A DNA stretch of 64,000 nucleotides from an uncultured Chloroflexia bacterium (GTDB lineage: Bacteria; Chloroflexota; Limnocylindria; Limnocylindrales; CSP1-4): assembly GCA_963707215.1 (NCBI GenBank), contig CAVPPB010000002.1:96001-160000 (forward strand), given 5' to 3'. The translations under genes and the position numbers were made by a program. Below, piece after piece: positions 30,032 to 39,299 of the stretch. Positions within the stretch are counted from its first letter, which is position 1. The number at the start of each line of letters is the position of its first letter. A model generated the notes under the pieces. That model was given only the letters and a program-made list of their open reading frames with translations. It was not told the DNA's origin and ran no database searches.

Positions 30032-30346
30032 CTAGCCCTCCGCCTTCTCGGCCTTGGGGGCGACCGGCTTCTTCTTGAACATCTGGAGCATCCGGTCGGT
30101 GACGACGTAGCCGCCGACGACGTTCATCGTCGAGAACGCTACGGCGACCAGGCTGAGCGCGATGCTCAGCGGGTCGTCGGCCGTCGCGGCGATGATCATC
30201 GAGCCGACCAGGACGATGCCGTGGATCGAGTTGGCGCCGGACATCAGGGGCGTGTGGAGCGTCGCCGGGACCTTCGAGATGACGGCGAAGCCGACGAGGA
30301 TCGCCAGGACGAAGACCGTCACGGCGTCGAGCAGTTCGGGGTTCAC
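30032..30346 (-). CDS. pntA: NAD(P) transhydrogenase alpha subunit, part 2
   Basis: VPATLHTPLMSGANSIHG...NVVGGYVVTDRMLQMF. Confidence 0.95.
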   Translation of the reverse strand: MNPELLDAVTVFVLAILVGFAVISKVPATLHTPLMSGANSIHGIVLVGSMIIAATADDPLSIALSLVAVAFSTMNVVGGYVVTDRMLQMFKKKPVAPKAEKAEG

Positions 30347-31506
30347 GAGGCGCCTCCGGTGGCGGGCTCGAGGAGCTGCTTCACGGGCGCGGCGACGACC
30401 GCCCCGTCGTGGGTGATGACGGTCGCCGCGGTGACCTCCTCCTCGAAGTCGAGGTGGAGCGCCCCGTCCTTGACCAGCTGGAGCAGCAGCGCCGAGATGT
30501 TGCGGGCATAGAACTGGGATGCCCCGGCGGGCATCGAGGCGGGCAGGTTCTCGGGGGCGATGATCGTCACCTGGTTCGGGGTGACGACCTCCTCGCCGGC
30601 CTTCGAGAGCTCGCAGTTGCCGCCGAGCGGGCCGGCCGCCATGTCGACGACGACCGAGCCCGGCTTCATCCCCTGGACGGCCTCGGCGGTGACGAGGACC
30701 GGCGGCTTGCGGCCGGGGACCTGGGCCGTCGTGATGACGACGTCCATGCCGGCGATGACCGCGTTGAGCTCGGCCTGCTGGGCGGCCCGCTCCTCGGCGG
30801 TCAACTCGCGGGCGTACCCGCCGGCGCCGGTGGCGTCGATGGCCGTCTTGAGGGTCACGAACTGGGCGCCCAGCGACTCGGCCTGCTCCTTGGTCTCCGG
30901 CCGGACGTCGTAGGCCTTGACGACCGCGCCGAGGCGCCGGGCCGTGCCGATGGCCTGGAGCCCGGCGACGCCGATGCCCAGGATCAGGACGTTGGCCGGC
31001 TTGGCCGTGCCGGCCGCCGTCGTGAGGAGCGGGAAGTAGCGGCCGTAGGCGTTGGCGGCCAGGATGACCGCCTTGTAGCCGCCGACGTTGGCCTGCGACG
31101 AGAGGGCGTCCATCGTCTGGGCTCGCGACAGGGTCCGGGGGATCGCGTCGAGGCTGACCGCCGTCACGCCCTTGCCGGCCAGCTCGGCCATGAGCTGCGG
31201 GTCGAGGAGCGGCTGGAGCAGGCCGACGAGGGCCTGGCCGCTTCGGAGGCGGGCGATCTCGTCGGCGGAGGGCTTCTGGACGCGGAGCACGACGTCGGCC
31301 TGGGCGTACAGGTCGTCCGCCGGGAGGACCGTCGCGCCGGCGTCGGCGTAGGCACTGTCGGGGATCAGGCTGCCGTCACCGGCCCCGCGCTCGACGAGGA
31401 CGTCGAGCCCGGCCGCCTGGAGCTTGCCGAGCGCCTCGGGTACCAGGGCCACGCGGCGTTCGCCGTGCGCGGTCTCCCTGGCCACACCGACCTTCATGGG
31501 CATCAC
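30343..31506 (-). CDS. pntA: NAD(P) transhydrogenase alpha subunit, part 1
   Basis: GERRVALVP, RAQTMDALSSQ, GIGVAGL, TTAQVPGRKPP. Confidence 0.95.
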   Translation of the reverse strand: MMPMKVGVARETAHGERRVALVPEALGKLQAAGLDVLVERGAGDGSLIPDSAYADAGATVLPADDLYAQADVVLRVQKPSADEIARLRSGQALVGLLQPLLDPQLMAELAGKGVTAVSLDAIPRTLSRAQTMDALSSQANVGGYKAVILAANAYGRYFPLLTTAAGTAKPANVLILGIGVAGLQAIGTARRLGAVVKAYDVRPETKEQAESLGAQFVTLKTAIDATGAGGYARELTAEERAAQQAELNAVIAGMDVVITTAQVPGRKPPVLVTAEAVQGMKPGSVVVDMAAGPLGGNCELSKAGEEVVTPNQVTIIAPENLPASMPAGASQFYARNISALLLQLVKDGALHLDFEEEVTAATVITHDGAVVAAPVKQLLEPATGGAS

Positions 31507-31597
31507 CTTGTCGGGTCATCGGGCCTGGGCAGGCCCGGGAGTTGGGGTACCGGCGAAGGATACAGGGTCGGCGGAGGGGAGCGGTGGTCATGGCTGT

Positions 31598-31762
31598 CCG
31601 CGGCTCGTCGCCCCAGAGTTCGTCGAGGATCCGCTCGGTCGAGACGAGCCGGCCGGCGTTGACGAGGAGCAGGCCGAGGAGCGCCCGCTGATGCGGGGAC
31701 GAGATCGGCGTGACCCGATCGCGGTCGGCGACCTCGACCGGGCCCAGGACCCGGAACTCCAC
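31598..31762 (-). pseudogene. Truncated SARP (AfsR/BTAD) regulator, N-terminal fragment
   Basis: MEFRVLGPVEV...QRALLGLLLVNAGRLVSTERILDELWGDEP, after which similarity is lost. Confidence 0.7.
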
Positions 31763-31888
31763 GGCGAGGGCGACCTCCGTGCCGCCCGATGCTATGGGCA
31801 GCGTCGCGGGGCCCCCAAGGGCCGTCGGGCCCCTTGTCGCCTGGGCCGGCGCGACCGGCCGACGCGGGGATCGCCGGACGACGCCCGG

Positions 31889-32563
31889 TCAGCTCCGGGC
31901 GACTGGCTCCGGCGCCTTCAGCTCCAGGACCTCGGTCGCACCGGCCTGGATCGCCAGCAGCCGATCGAGCAGTCCGGCCGAGTCCGCCGGTCCCGGGGCG
32001 CGCGCCAGTCGAACGTAGAAGGGTCGTCCGCCATCGAGGGAGATGGTCGGCACGCCGAAGATCGCGTACTCGCTGCGGGCGTCGGTCCAGTCATCGGCCA
32101 GCCGACGTCGTGCCCGGGCGACCGCGTCCGGATCGGCGAGGGCGGACTCGAGGGCGAGCCGACCCAGCCCGGCGCCGGCGGCGATGGCGAGGAGGGATTC
32201 CATGTCGGCGATGTCGCGCCGCTCGTCGTGGCGGGCGGCGTAGATCGCCAGGCGGAGGCGGCGGATCGCGTCGGCGTCGGCGAGCTCCGCGGCGACCAGC
32301 GTGAGGAGGTAGGCGGCCAGCGGACGCCGATCCTGTCGCCCGCGATCGTGCTGGTAGTCGAGCGGCTGCTCCCAGAGCCGCCACGTGTCCGCGTCTGCGT
32401 CGCGGTTGACCTGCTCCAGCGGGAAGCAGCGGTAGGCGACGTCGACAACGCCGCCGAGACCGTCGAGCCAGGCGGTCGCCCGGTAGCTGTACGGGCACTG
32501 GTAGTCGTACCAGAGGGTCGCCTCGATCGGGAGAGGGGCGAGCGCTCCAGCGGCGTCGGTCAT
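31889..32563 (-). CDS. DsbA-like thioredoxin-fold protein (CPYS)
   Basis: WYDYQCPYSY...IFGVPTI. Confidence 0.82.
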   Translation of the reverse strand: MTDAAGALAPLPIEATLWYDYQCPYSYRATAWLDGLGGVVDVAYRCFPLEQVNRDADADTWRLWEQPLDYQHDRGRQDRRPLAAYLLTLVAAELADADAIRRLRLAIYAARHDERRDIADMESLLAIAAGAGLGRLALESALADPDAVARARRRLADDWTDARSEYAIFGVPTISLDGGRPFYVRLARAPGPADSAGLLDRLLAIQAGATEVLELKAPEPVARS

Positions 32564-32614
32564 GGTCGTGGGTCTTGCCTCAACGATCGGGGCGACGGTC
32601 AGTGTCCGCCATCG

Positions 32615-33196
32615 TCACGAGGGCGTGCCGTCGCCGCCGTCGCCGCCGGCTCGGCCCGCCGCCTCGACCTCGGCCTCGACCTCGGCCTCCACCTCCGCGC
32701 GGGCGAACGCCGCGTCCTCGACGACGCTCTCGATCGCGTCCTCCAGGTCGCCCCGGGTCGTGATCTCGATGCCCCCGAACACGGCCGTCGCATCGACGAC
32801 CAGACGGGGGCCGGGGCCGTCGCCCAGCGTCCGGTCCGTGTCGTCGGTCACCCCGCCCAGGATCGGCCGCCCGTGGACCTCGACCGCCCAGTCCTCCGGC
32901 ACGACGATCCGTGCGCCCCCGAAGATCGCCATCGCCCGGAGGTAGGCACCGCCGGGGTCGAGCTCCGCCTCGCGCAGATCGAGGTCCAGGCCGCCGTACC
33001 AGGCGATCGCATCGCCACCCCGGAAGGCGGTCGCCCGGCTGGCCCCCTGCACGCCGTCGAAGATGGCATACAGCTTCAGCTCGTCCGACGACTCGTCGCT
33101 CTCGCCGACGAGGTTGCGTCGGGCCACTGCGGCCACAACGGGCGGGATGACCAGCGCCGCGAGCGCTGCCAGCCCGATCACCCTCCGGATCCCCAT
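32615..33196 (-). CDS. LiaF/DUF2154-like envelope protein
   Basis: AIFDG...GGLDLDLREA...AIFGGARIVVPEDW...AVFGGIEI. Confidence 0.75.
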   Translation of the reverse strand: MGIRRVIGLAALAALVIPPVVAAVARRNLVGESDESSDELKLYAIFDGVQGASRATAFRGGDAIAWYGGLDLDLREAELDPGGAYLRAMAIFGGARIVVPEDWAVEVHGRPILGGVTDDTDRTLGDGPGPRLVVDATAVFGGIEITTRGDLEDAIESVVEDAAFARAEVEAEVEAEVEAAGRAGGDGGDGTPS

Positions 33197-33326
33197 GGTC
33201 GTCACCTCCGCGGCAGGCTGCCGCCGTCGTCCGTGTCCGCGAACCGTAGCCCGGAACGGCCTCCTTGGTCGAGAGCCGCTCGGCCATGCTGCACGCGCGC
33301 CCCATCCACCGTGAGAAGGAGCCAGG

Positions 33327-34766
33327 ATGCCACCGCTCGCCGCCGGACAACGCTGGACCCGCCTGACCCCGGCCGACTGCGAGCGGATCGATGCCGCCGC
33401 CCTCGCCATCCTGGAACGGACCGGCATCCGCTTCCTCGACGAGGAAGCGGTCGGGATGCTTCGGAAGGCCGGCGCGTCGGTCGCCGACGACGGGACGACC
33501 GTGCGGATCCCGGCCCGGCTCGTCGAGTGGGCGCGATCCGTCGCCCCGTCCTCGTTCGGCATGTACGACCGGCTGGGCCGACCGGCCTGGACCTGGGGCG
33601 GCGACGAGGTCGTCTTCGGGCCCGGCTCCGATTGCCTGAACGTGATCGACCACCGGACCGGCGAGCGTCGGCGGCCGGTGCTCGCCGACGTGGCGGAGGG
33701 CATCTCGCTCGTCGACGCGCTCGACGGGATGGGCTTCGCCATGTCGATGTTCCTGCCGTCGGACGTCGACCAGCGGATCGCCGACCGCTACCAGATGGCC
33801 GTCATGCTGGAGCGGACCACCAAGCCGATCGTCCTCGTCACCTACGAGGTCGACGGGCTGCTCGACGCCCTCGACATGGCCGAGGTGGTCGCCGGGGGCG
33901 CCGACGCCCTTCGCGAGCGTCCCTTCCTGGCCTGCTACATCAACGTGACCCGGGGGCTCCTGGCGGGCGGCGACTCGGTCCGGAAGCTGTTCACCCTGGT
34001 CGACCGGGGCGTCCCAGCGCTGTGGATCCCGGTGACCTCGGGCGGCACCACCGGCCCGGTGACCTCGGCCGGGAACGTGGCCGTCAACACGGCCGGCGTC
34101 CTGGCCGGCGTCGTCCTCGCCCAGCTCCGTCGCGAGGGAGCCCCGATCGTCATCCCGGGGTTCGGCGGCGACGCTCTGGATCTCCGGACCATGGTCGACC
34201 CCTACGCCGAACCCGACCATCGCGGGATGGCCGAGGCGATGGCTCACCACTACGGGTTGCCGATGTTCAGCCTCGCCGCCGGTGGTGAGGCCAAGGTCCC
34301 GGACCAGCAGGCGGCGATGGAGGCATCGCTGACCCTCCTGGTCGACGCGCTCGCCCGCGGCAACGTCATCCACGACTGCGGGTACCTGGAATCCGGCCTG
34401 ACCGGCTCGCTCGCCCAGCTGGTCATCTGCGACGAGATCGTGGCCTGGATCCGCCGGGCCATCGCGCCGATCCGGATCGACGACGAGACCCTGGCCCTGG
34501 ACCTCGTCGACGAGCGCGGCATCGACGGCTCCTTCCTGGAGGCCGACCACACCCTGGCCCACTACCGCGAGCGCTGGTACCCCGACCTCGTCGAGCGGTT
34601 CAACTACGAGGCCTGGCAGTCGCGGGGCGGGCTGACGATGGCCGAGCGGGCGAGTGCCCGGGCCGACGCGCTCCTGGCCGCCCAGCGACCGGTCCCCCTC
34701 GAGCCCGCTGCCCAGGAGACGATCGACGCGGTCATCGCCCGGGCAATGGCCCGCCTGGGAGCCTGA
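33327..34766 (+). CDS. MttB-superfamily (non-pyrrolysine) corrinoid methyltransferase
   Basis: ILERTGIRF, TGPVTSAG, AKVPDQQAAME, HDCGYLESGL...QLVICDE; no in-frame TAG. Confidence 0.9.
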   Translation: MPPLAAGQRWTRLTPADCERIDAAALAILERTGIRFLDEEAVGMLRKAGASVADDGTTVRIPARLVEWARSVAPSSFGMYDRLGRPAWTWGGDEVVFGPGSDCLNVIDHRTGERRRPVLADVAEGISLVDALDGMGFAMSMFLPSDVDQRIADRYQMAVMLERTTKPIVLVTYEVDGLLDALDMAEVVAGGADALRERPFLACYINVTRGLLAGGDSVRKLFTLVDRGVPALWIPVTSGGTTGPVTSAGNVAVNTAGVLAGVVLAQLRREGAPIVIPGFGGDALDLRTMVDPYAEPDHRGMAEAMAHHYGLPMFSLAAGGEAKVPDQQAAMEASLTLLVDALARGNVIHDCGYLESGLTGSLAQLVICDEIVAWIRRAIAPIRIDDETLALDLVDERGIDGSFLEADHTLAHYRERWYPDLVERFNYEAWQSRGGLTMAERASARADALLAAQRPVPLEPAAQETIDAVIARAMARLGA

Positions 34767-34805
34767 CGCTCGCCTGGGAGCCTGACGCTCGCTGGGTGCC
34801 TGACG
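34752..34805. repeat. 19-bp tandem repeat x3 spanning the stop codon
   Basis: CGCCTGGGAGCCTGACGCT twice plus a degenerate third copy. Confidence 0.85.
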
Positions 34806-34893
34806 GGGATCTGGACTACACTCGCAGCGCACCGCACCCCAAGTGGCCGTACCTGGCCCCAGGCGCGTGCTCGTCCCGCCGGAGGACTCTTCC

Positions 34894-35319
34894 ATGCGAG
34901 CCACCCCCTTGATCGCGCTCCTTGCGCTCCTTGCGCTGGGGGTCGCCGCCTGCAGCGCGGCGGCGACGCCGACGCCCTCCCCGGTCTGTGCCGCTCTCGA
35001 CGACCTGCAGGCCTCGGTCGACGCCGTCGAGGAAGTGGATCCGCTCGACGAAGGGCTGCAGGGCTACCTCGATGCCGTCGTGGTCATCCGCGGCGAGGTC
35101 TCGGACCTGCGGTGCGCCGCGGGAGATCAGCTCAGCGGGCAGATCGATGCGTTGACGGGGGCGATCGACGACCTCCAGGGCACCCTCGACTCGCTCGGCT
35201 CGGGCAGCCTGGGCGGTGCCCTCCAGGAGATCGGCGGCCGCCTCTCGACTCTTGGTACGGCCCTGACCGACCTGCGGACCGAGGCCCGGACCGCGTTCGG
35301 GGAGTGCGCGGCCGAGTAG
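34894..35319 (+). CDS. Helical lipoprotein, unknown function
   Basis: GGAGG RBS, lipobox VAAC, amphipathic helices. Confidence 0.75.
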   Translation: MRATPLIALLALLALGVAACSAAATPTPSPVCAALDDLQASVDAVEEVDPLDEGLQGYLDAVVVIRGEVSDLRCAAGDQLSGQIDALTGAIDDLQGTLDSLGSGSLGGALQEIGGRLSTLGTALTDLRTEARTAFGECAAE

Positions 35320-35356
35320 GACGAGGGCGGGCTCGGCGACCGCGACGCGCTCTCGG

Positions 35357-36811
35357 CTAGTCAGGCAGGCCCGGGAGCTCGGTCAGCCCGTACGGCGCCG
35401 CCTCGAGACGGACCCGGTCGATCAGCTGTCGCTCCACGTCGGCGCTCGGACCGGGCCGCTCGTAGGCTGCCAGGAGCCCGTCGACCCGCAGCCGGGCCCG
35501 GCCGAACGCGTCGACTGCCCCGGCCCCAAGCCATGCGGCCAGCGACGCCCGGTCGATGACGTCCGATGGGAGGTGCTGCTCGCTCCGGAACAGCTTGCGC
35601 GTCTCGACGATCTCCAGGAACCGCCCATCCGGCCCGGCCGCCGCGAAGGACCCGGTGGCGAGCGTCTCGGTCGGCGTCCCGATCCCGCGGACCAGCCGCT
35701 GGGCGGCGGCGATGGCCTCGGCGTCGAGGACCAGCTTCTCCGGACTCTGGCAGCGCAGGAAGTCGAGCATCCCGGCGCCGCTGATGAGGTCGATCCCGGC
35801 CAGGGCGCCGACCATCACGGCCGCCCCGACTTCCATGCCCGCCTGGGCATCGACGACCTTGGCGTCACTCCCGCCGAGGTAGCCATGGGTCGGCAGGCCG
35901 AGCGACCGGCCGACCTGGACGTAGGCGGCGTCGATCATGGCCGTCTCGATCGCCCCGAGGGGCGTGGCCCCGCTGCGCATGTCGACGATCGCCGGAGCCC
36001 CGCCCCAGACGACCGGCGAGCCGGGTCGGGCGAGCTGGTGGATGGCGATGCCGCTGAGGCACTCCGCCGCATGCTGGACGACCGAGCCGATGAGGGTCAC
36101 CGGCGCCGCCGCTCCCGCCAGGGGCATCGAGACGAGCTCGGCCGGGACCCGCGCCCGGGCCAGCTCGATCAGGCTGCGGGCGCCCAGGTCGGACCAGGTC
36201 AGCGGCGGGGTGGGACAGACGTCGAAGACGGCCCGCGGTCGCTCGGCGAGGGCCTCGTGGCCGCCGGTGTCCATGGCCAGGAGGTCGATCATGACCCCGA
36301 GCGTGGGCGCTGCGAACGACCCGGTCACGACCGGCTTCGCGGAGTAGAGAAGGACGAGGAGGAGTCGGTACAGGTCGCCGATCTCGGGCGGCACGTCGTT
36401 GCAGACGATCGAGGTCGACTGGGCCTCGTACTGGGGGAGCCCTTCGGCGACCTTGACCACCCGGACCAGGTCCGCGGCCATCGAGTCGCGGTGCTCCAGC
36501 GTCTCGGGATCCAGGATGTGGATGCCCGACGACCCGGGGTCGAACTGGACGACGCCCTGTCCGTAGCGGACCGCCGGGCGGCCGGAGCGGTCGTACAGGT
36601 CGAACGACCGCGGGGCGGACGCCAGGGCGTCGCGCACGACGCTCGCCGGGATCCGGACGGTCGCCCCGTCGACCCGCGCCCCGGCGCCGGCCAGCAGCTC
36701 GACCGCCTCGGCGTCGTGGACCCGGACGCCGGGCTCCTCCAGCAGCTCGTATGCCTCGCCGAGCACGCGCTCGACGAGGGTCGGGTCCAGCAGCTCGAGG
36801 GTGGGTCGCAT
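35357..36811 (-). CDS. MttB-superfamily (non-pyrrolysine) corrinoid methyltransferase
   Basis: AAPVTLIG, DMRSG...GAIE, SDAKVVDAQAGME, GAGML...EKLVLDAE. Confidence 0.9.
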   Translation of the reverse strand: MRPTLELLDPTLVERVLGEAYELLEEPGVRVHDAEAVELLAGAGARVDGATVRIPASVVRDALASAPRSFDLYDRSGRPAVRYGQGVVQFDPGSSGIHILDPETLEHRDSMAADLVRVVKVAEGLPQYEAQSTSIVCNDVPPEIGDLYRLLLVLLYSAKPVVTGSFAAPTLGVMIDLLAMDTGGHEALAERPRAVFDVCPTPPLTWSDLGARSLIELARARVPAELVSMPLAGAAAPVTLIGSVVQHAAECLSGIAIHQLARPGSPVVWGGAPAIVDMRSGATPLGAIETAMIDAAYVQVGRSLGLPTHGYLGGSDAKVVDAQAGMEVGAAVMVGALAGIDLISGAGMLDFLRCQSPEKLVLDAEAIAAAQRLVRGIGTPTETLATGSFAAAGPDGRFLEIVETRKLFRSEQHLPSDVIDRASLAAWLGAGAVDAFGRARLRVDGLLAAYERPGPSADVERQLIDRVRLEAAPYGLTELPGLPD

Positions 36812-36876
36812 CGGTGTCTCCTCGGGGTGGGCGGTGGCAGTGGGACAGCGGATGGCGGCGTCGGGCCTCGGGCGGG

Positions 36877-38403
36877 TCAGCGGGCGCGCCCGGTCGCCTC
36901 GGCCGTCCGGTCGGCGGCGTCCAGCAGCCGACCCAGCTCGGCCTTGAGCCCGTCGTCGAGCGGATCGGGATGGTGCGTCTCCAGCAGCCCGATCGCCCGC
37001 TCGCGGGCGGTCCGGCGGGCCAGGTCCGGATCGGCCTCCCACTGGCTGATCGGACGCCGGTCGAGCAGGCGCGGCTGCCAGAGGCTCCGCATGTGCCGGC
37101 GGGTGTGCGGGTCGGTCAGGTAGTCGCCGCCCGGCCCGACCCGGCGGATCGCCTCGACGGCGAGGCTCTCGTCGTCGGTCGCGATGCCCCGGCGCATCGC
37201 CCGGACGATCCCGACGATCTCGGCGTCGAACATGAGCTGCTCGAAGCTGAACCGCCGGCTGCCGTCGAGCAGGCCGGCGCCCAGGAGCATGTCGGCCCGG
37301 CTGGCCGTGGCCGCCAGGGCCGAGATCGCGTTCTCGAGCCCGGCCTGCCAGTCGGTCGTCTTGGCCCCGGTCGCGAACGCCCCCATGGACAGGGGCACGC
37401 GGTAGCGGTCGGCCAGGGCGTTCGTCGCCGCCCCGAAGAGGAAGTCCTCGGGCCCGCCGCCGGTGTAGGCGCCGCTCCGCAGGTCCATCGCGGTCTGGGC
37501 GGCGGCGTAGTAGACGGGCGCGCCCGGATGGGCCAGCTGCACGAGCACCAGGGCGCTCAGGACCTCGGCGTTGCCGACGACCAGGGTGCCGGCGGGCGTC
37601 GCCGGGCCGCTGAACGCGCACGAGGCCATCGTCATGAAGCCGACCGGGATCCCCGCGGCGGCGCCGACGAGGGCCGCGTCCAGGGCGTGGCCGTCGTGGG
37701 CCAGCGGGCTGATCGTGCAGTGCATCAGCGAGAGGACCGGGCGGGCCCGCAGCGCGTCACGGCCGCCGGCGATCGCTGCCGCCAGCTCGACGGCCACCTC
37801 CGCCTCGGCCGCCGTCACGACGCTCTCGGTCTGGACGTGCTTCGTGGAGGCGCTCCAGATGGCGACCAGCTCGTGGAGGCTCCGGGTCGCGGCCGGGCGG
37901 TCCTGGGCGGAGACGGGCACCCAGTGGAAGGCGAGCTCATCGAGGGCATCGACGAGCCGGGCGATGGCGGCCACGTCCGCCAGCGACGAGCGGTGTGCCT
38001 CACCGGTCAGCGGGTCGAGGACCTCGATCCCGCAGCCGTCGGTCGCGACGTGGACGTGGCGACCGTCGAGCGGCAGGTCCAGCTCGGGATCGCGGGCCCC
38101 CAGGACGTACTCGGAGGGCGCCGTCGCGAGGGCGAGCTCGACGAGCGAAGCCGGGATCCGGACGACCTCGGTGGCCTCGTCGACCGTGGCCCCGTGATCG
38201 GCCAGGATCGCCCGCGCCCTGGCCGACGGGAAGCGGACGCCGACCGTCTCCAGGACCTCGAGTGTCGCGGCGTGGATCCGCTCGACGTCCTCGGCAGTGA
38301 GGACCTCGATGCGGACGCCGTCGCCGACGATCGGGTCGAGGCGTCCGCCCCCGGTCGGCTCGGCGCTGCTGGAACCTCGGTCGGCCACTGCGGTCGTGCT
38401 CAT
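36877..38403 (-). CDS. MttB-superfamily (non-pyrrolysine) corrinoid methyltransferase
   Basis: IHAATLEVLETVG, GPATPAG, MDLRSG, AKTTDWQAGLE, EQLMFDAE, VGPGGDYL. Confidence 0.92.
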   Translation of the reverse strand: MSTTAVADRGSSSAEPTGGGRLDPIVGDGVRIEVLTAEDVERIHAATLEVLETVGVRFPSARARAILADHGATVDEATEVVRIPASLVELALATAPSEYVLGARDPELDLPLDGRHVHVATDGCGIEVLDPLTGEAHRSSLADVAAIARLVDALDELAFHWVPVSAQDRPAATRSLHELVAIWSASTKHVQTESVVTAAEAEVAVELAAAIAGGRDALRARPVLSLMHCTISPLAHDGHALDAALVGAAAGIPVGFMTMASCAFSGPATPAGTLVVGNAEVLSALVLVQLAHPGAPVYYAAAQTAMDLRSGAYTGGGPEDFLFGAATNALADRYRVPLSMGAFATGAKTTDWQAGLENAISALAATASRADMLLGAGLLDGSRRFSFEQLMFDAEIVGIVRAMRRGIATDDESLAVEAIRRVGPGGDYLTDPHTRRHMRSLWQPRLLDRRPISQWEADPDLARRTARERAIGLLETHHPDPLDDGLKAELGRLLDAADRTAEATGRAR

Positions 38404-38572
38404 CCACCTGCCTCGCAACGAAGTCTCGAAGGACCCGGCACCACCAGGCGGGGCCGGGGAGCCCAGCCTGCCCCCGAGGTCCGCGAGGTCGGTAGGGCCG
38501 TCCGGCCATGCCGTCCGGCCCGAGGTCCGGGACGATGCCGCCATCCGGGCCCCGGAGCCGGGCGAAGGGGGA

Positions 38573-38606
38573 TACGATGGATGAACCGACCGACCGGTCG
38601 GTCGGT
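38573..38606 (+). promoter_or_regulatory. -10 box plus perfect 22-bp palindromic TetR-type operator
   Basis: TACGAT at 38573-78; ACCGACCGACCGGTCGGTCGGT at 38585-38606. Confidence 0.75.
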
Positions 38607-38627
38607 CCGGATGCCGAGCGAGGATCG

Positions 38628-39299
38628 ATGGCCAGAGGCGAGCGCAGCGACCCGAGCGAGCAGAGCCGCGGCCGGCGGGAGCGCATCCTCGATGCCGCCT
38701 TCACGACCTTCGCCGGGCGCGGCTATCGGGACGCCTCGATGGACGACATCGCGGCCGCCGCCGAGACCTCGAAGGGCGGGGTCTACTTCCACTTTCCGAC
38801 CAAGGACTCGATCTTCCGCGAGCTCATGCGGACGACGGCGGACAAGCTGGTCGGCAAGGTCGAGCGTGCCGTCGCGATCGAGTCCGACCCGATCAGCCGG
38901 GCCGAGATCGCGCTCCAGACGGTCCTGGGGACCTTCGCCGGGCACCGGACGATGGCGCGCCTCCTCTTCCTCGACGTCGTCGGGGCCGGGCGGGTGTTCC
39001 AGGCCGAGGCCAACGGGCTCCACGAGCGCTTCGCCCGGCTGATCCAGGGCTACCTCGACGAGGCCGTCGAGGGCGGCGTCATCCCGCCGACCGACACGCG
39101 GGTGACGAGCATCGCCTGGTTCGGCGCCCTCAACGAGGTCGTCGGGCGCTGGCTCCTCGCCGACCACCCGGAGCGCCTCGAGGACGCCTACCCCGCGCTG
39201 CGGGCTGCCCTTCTCCGAAGCGTCGGGGTGCCCGAGGCGCGGATCGCCGAGCGGCCGGCGCCGACCGAGCCGAGCACCTTCCCGGAGCCCCCGGCATGA
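38628..39299 (+). CDS. TetR/AcrR regulator, first gene of the men operon
   Basis: RERILDAA...SMDDIAAAAETSKGGVYFHFPTK; ATGA overlap with menF; alternative ATG at 38577. Confidence 0.92.
   Translation: MARGERSDPSEQSRGRRERILDAAFTTFAGRGYRDASMDDIAAAAETSKGGVYFHFPTKDSIFRELMRTTADKLVGKVERAVAIESDPISRAEIALQTVLGTFAGHRTMARLLFLDVVGAGRVFQAEANGLHERFARLIQGYLDEAVEGGVIPPTDTRVTSIAWFGALNEVVGRWLLADHPERLEDAYPALRAALLRSVGVPEARIAERPAPTEPSTFPEPPA

Noticed and set aside
32661-32700. 12-bp repeat encoding EVEA x3
   Set aside because: Low-complexity acidic tail of the LiaF-like protein with no further signal.
33327-38403. Pyrrolysine recoding in the mttB genes
   Set aside because: All three ORFs are full length with no internal TAG, and no pyl genes were seen.
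38404-38572. Cobalamin or SAM riboswitch upstream of mttB
   Set aside because: GC-rich hairpins are present, but I could not match a B12 box or SAM consensus; an Rfam search would be needed.
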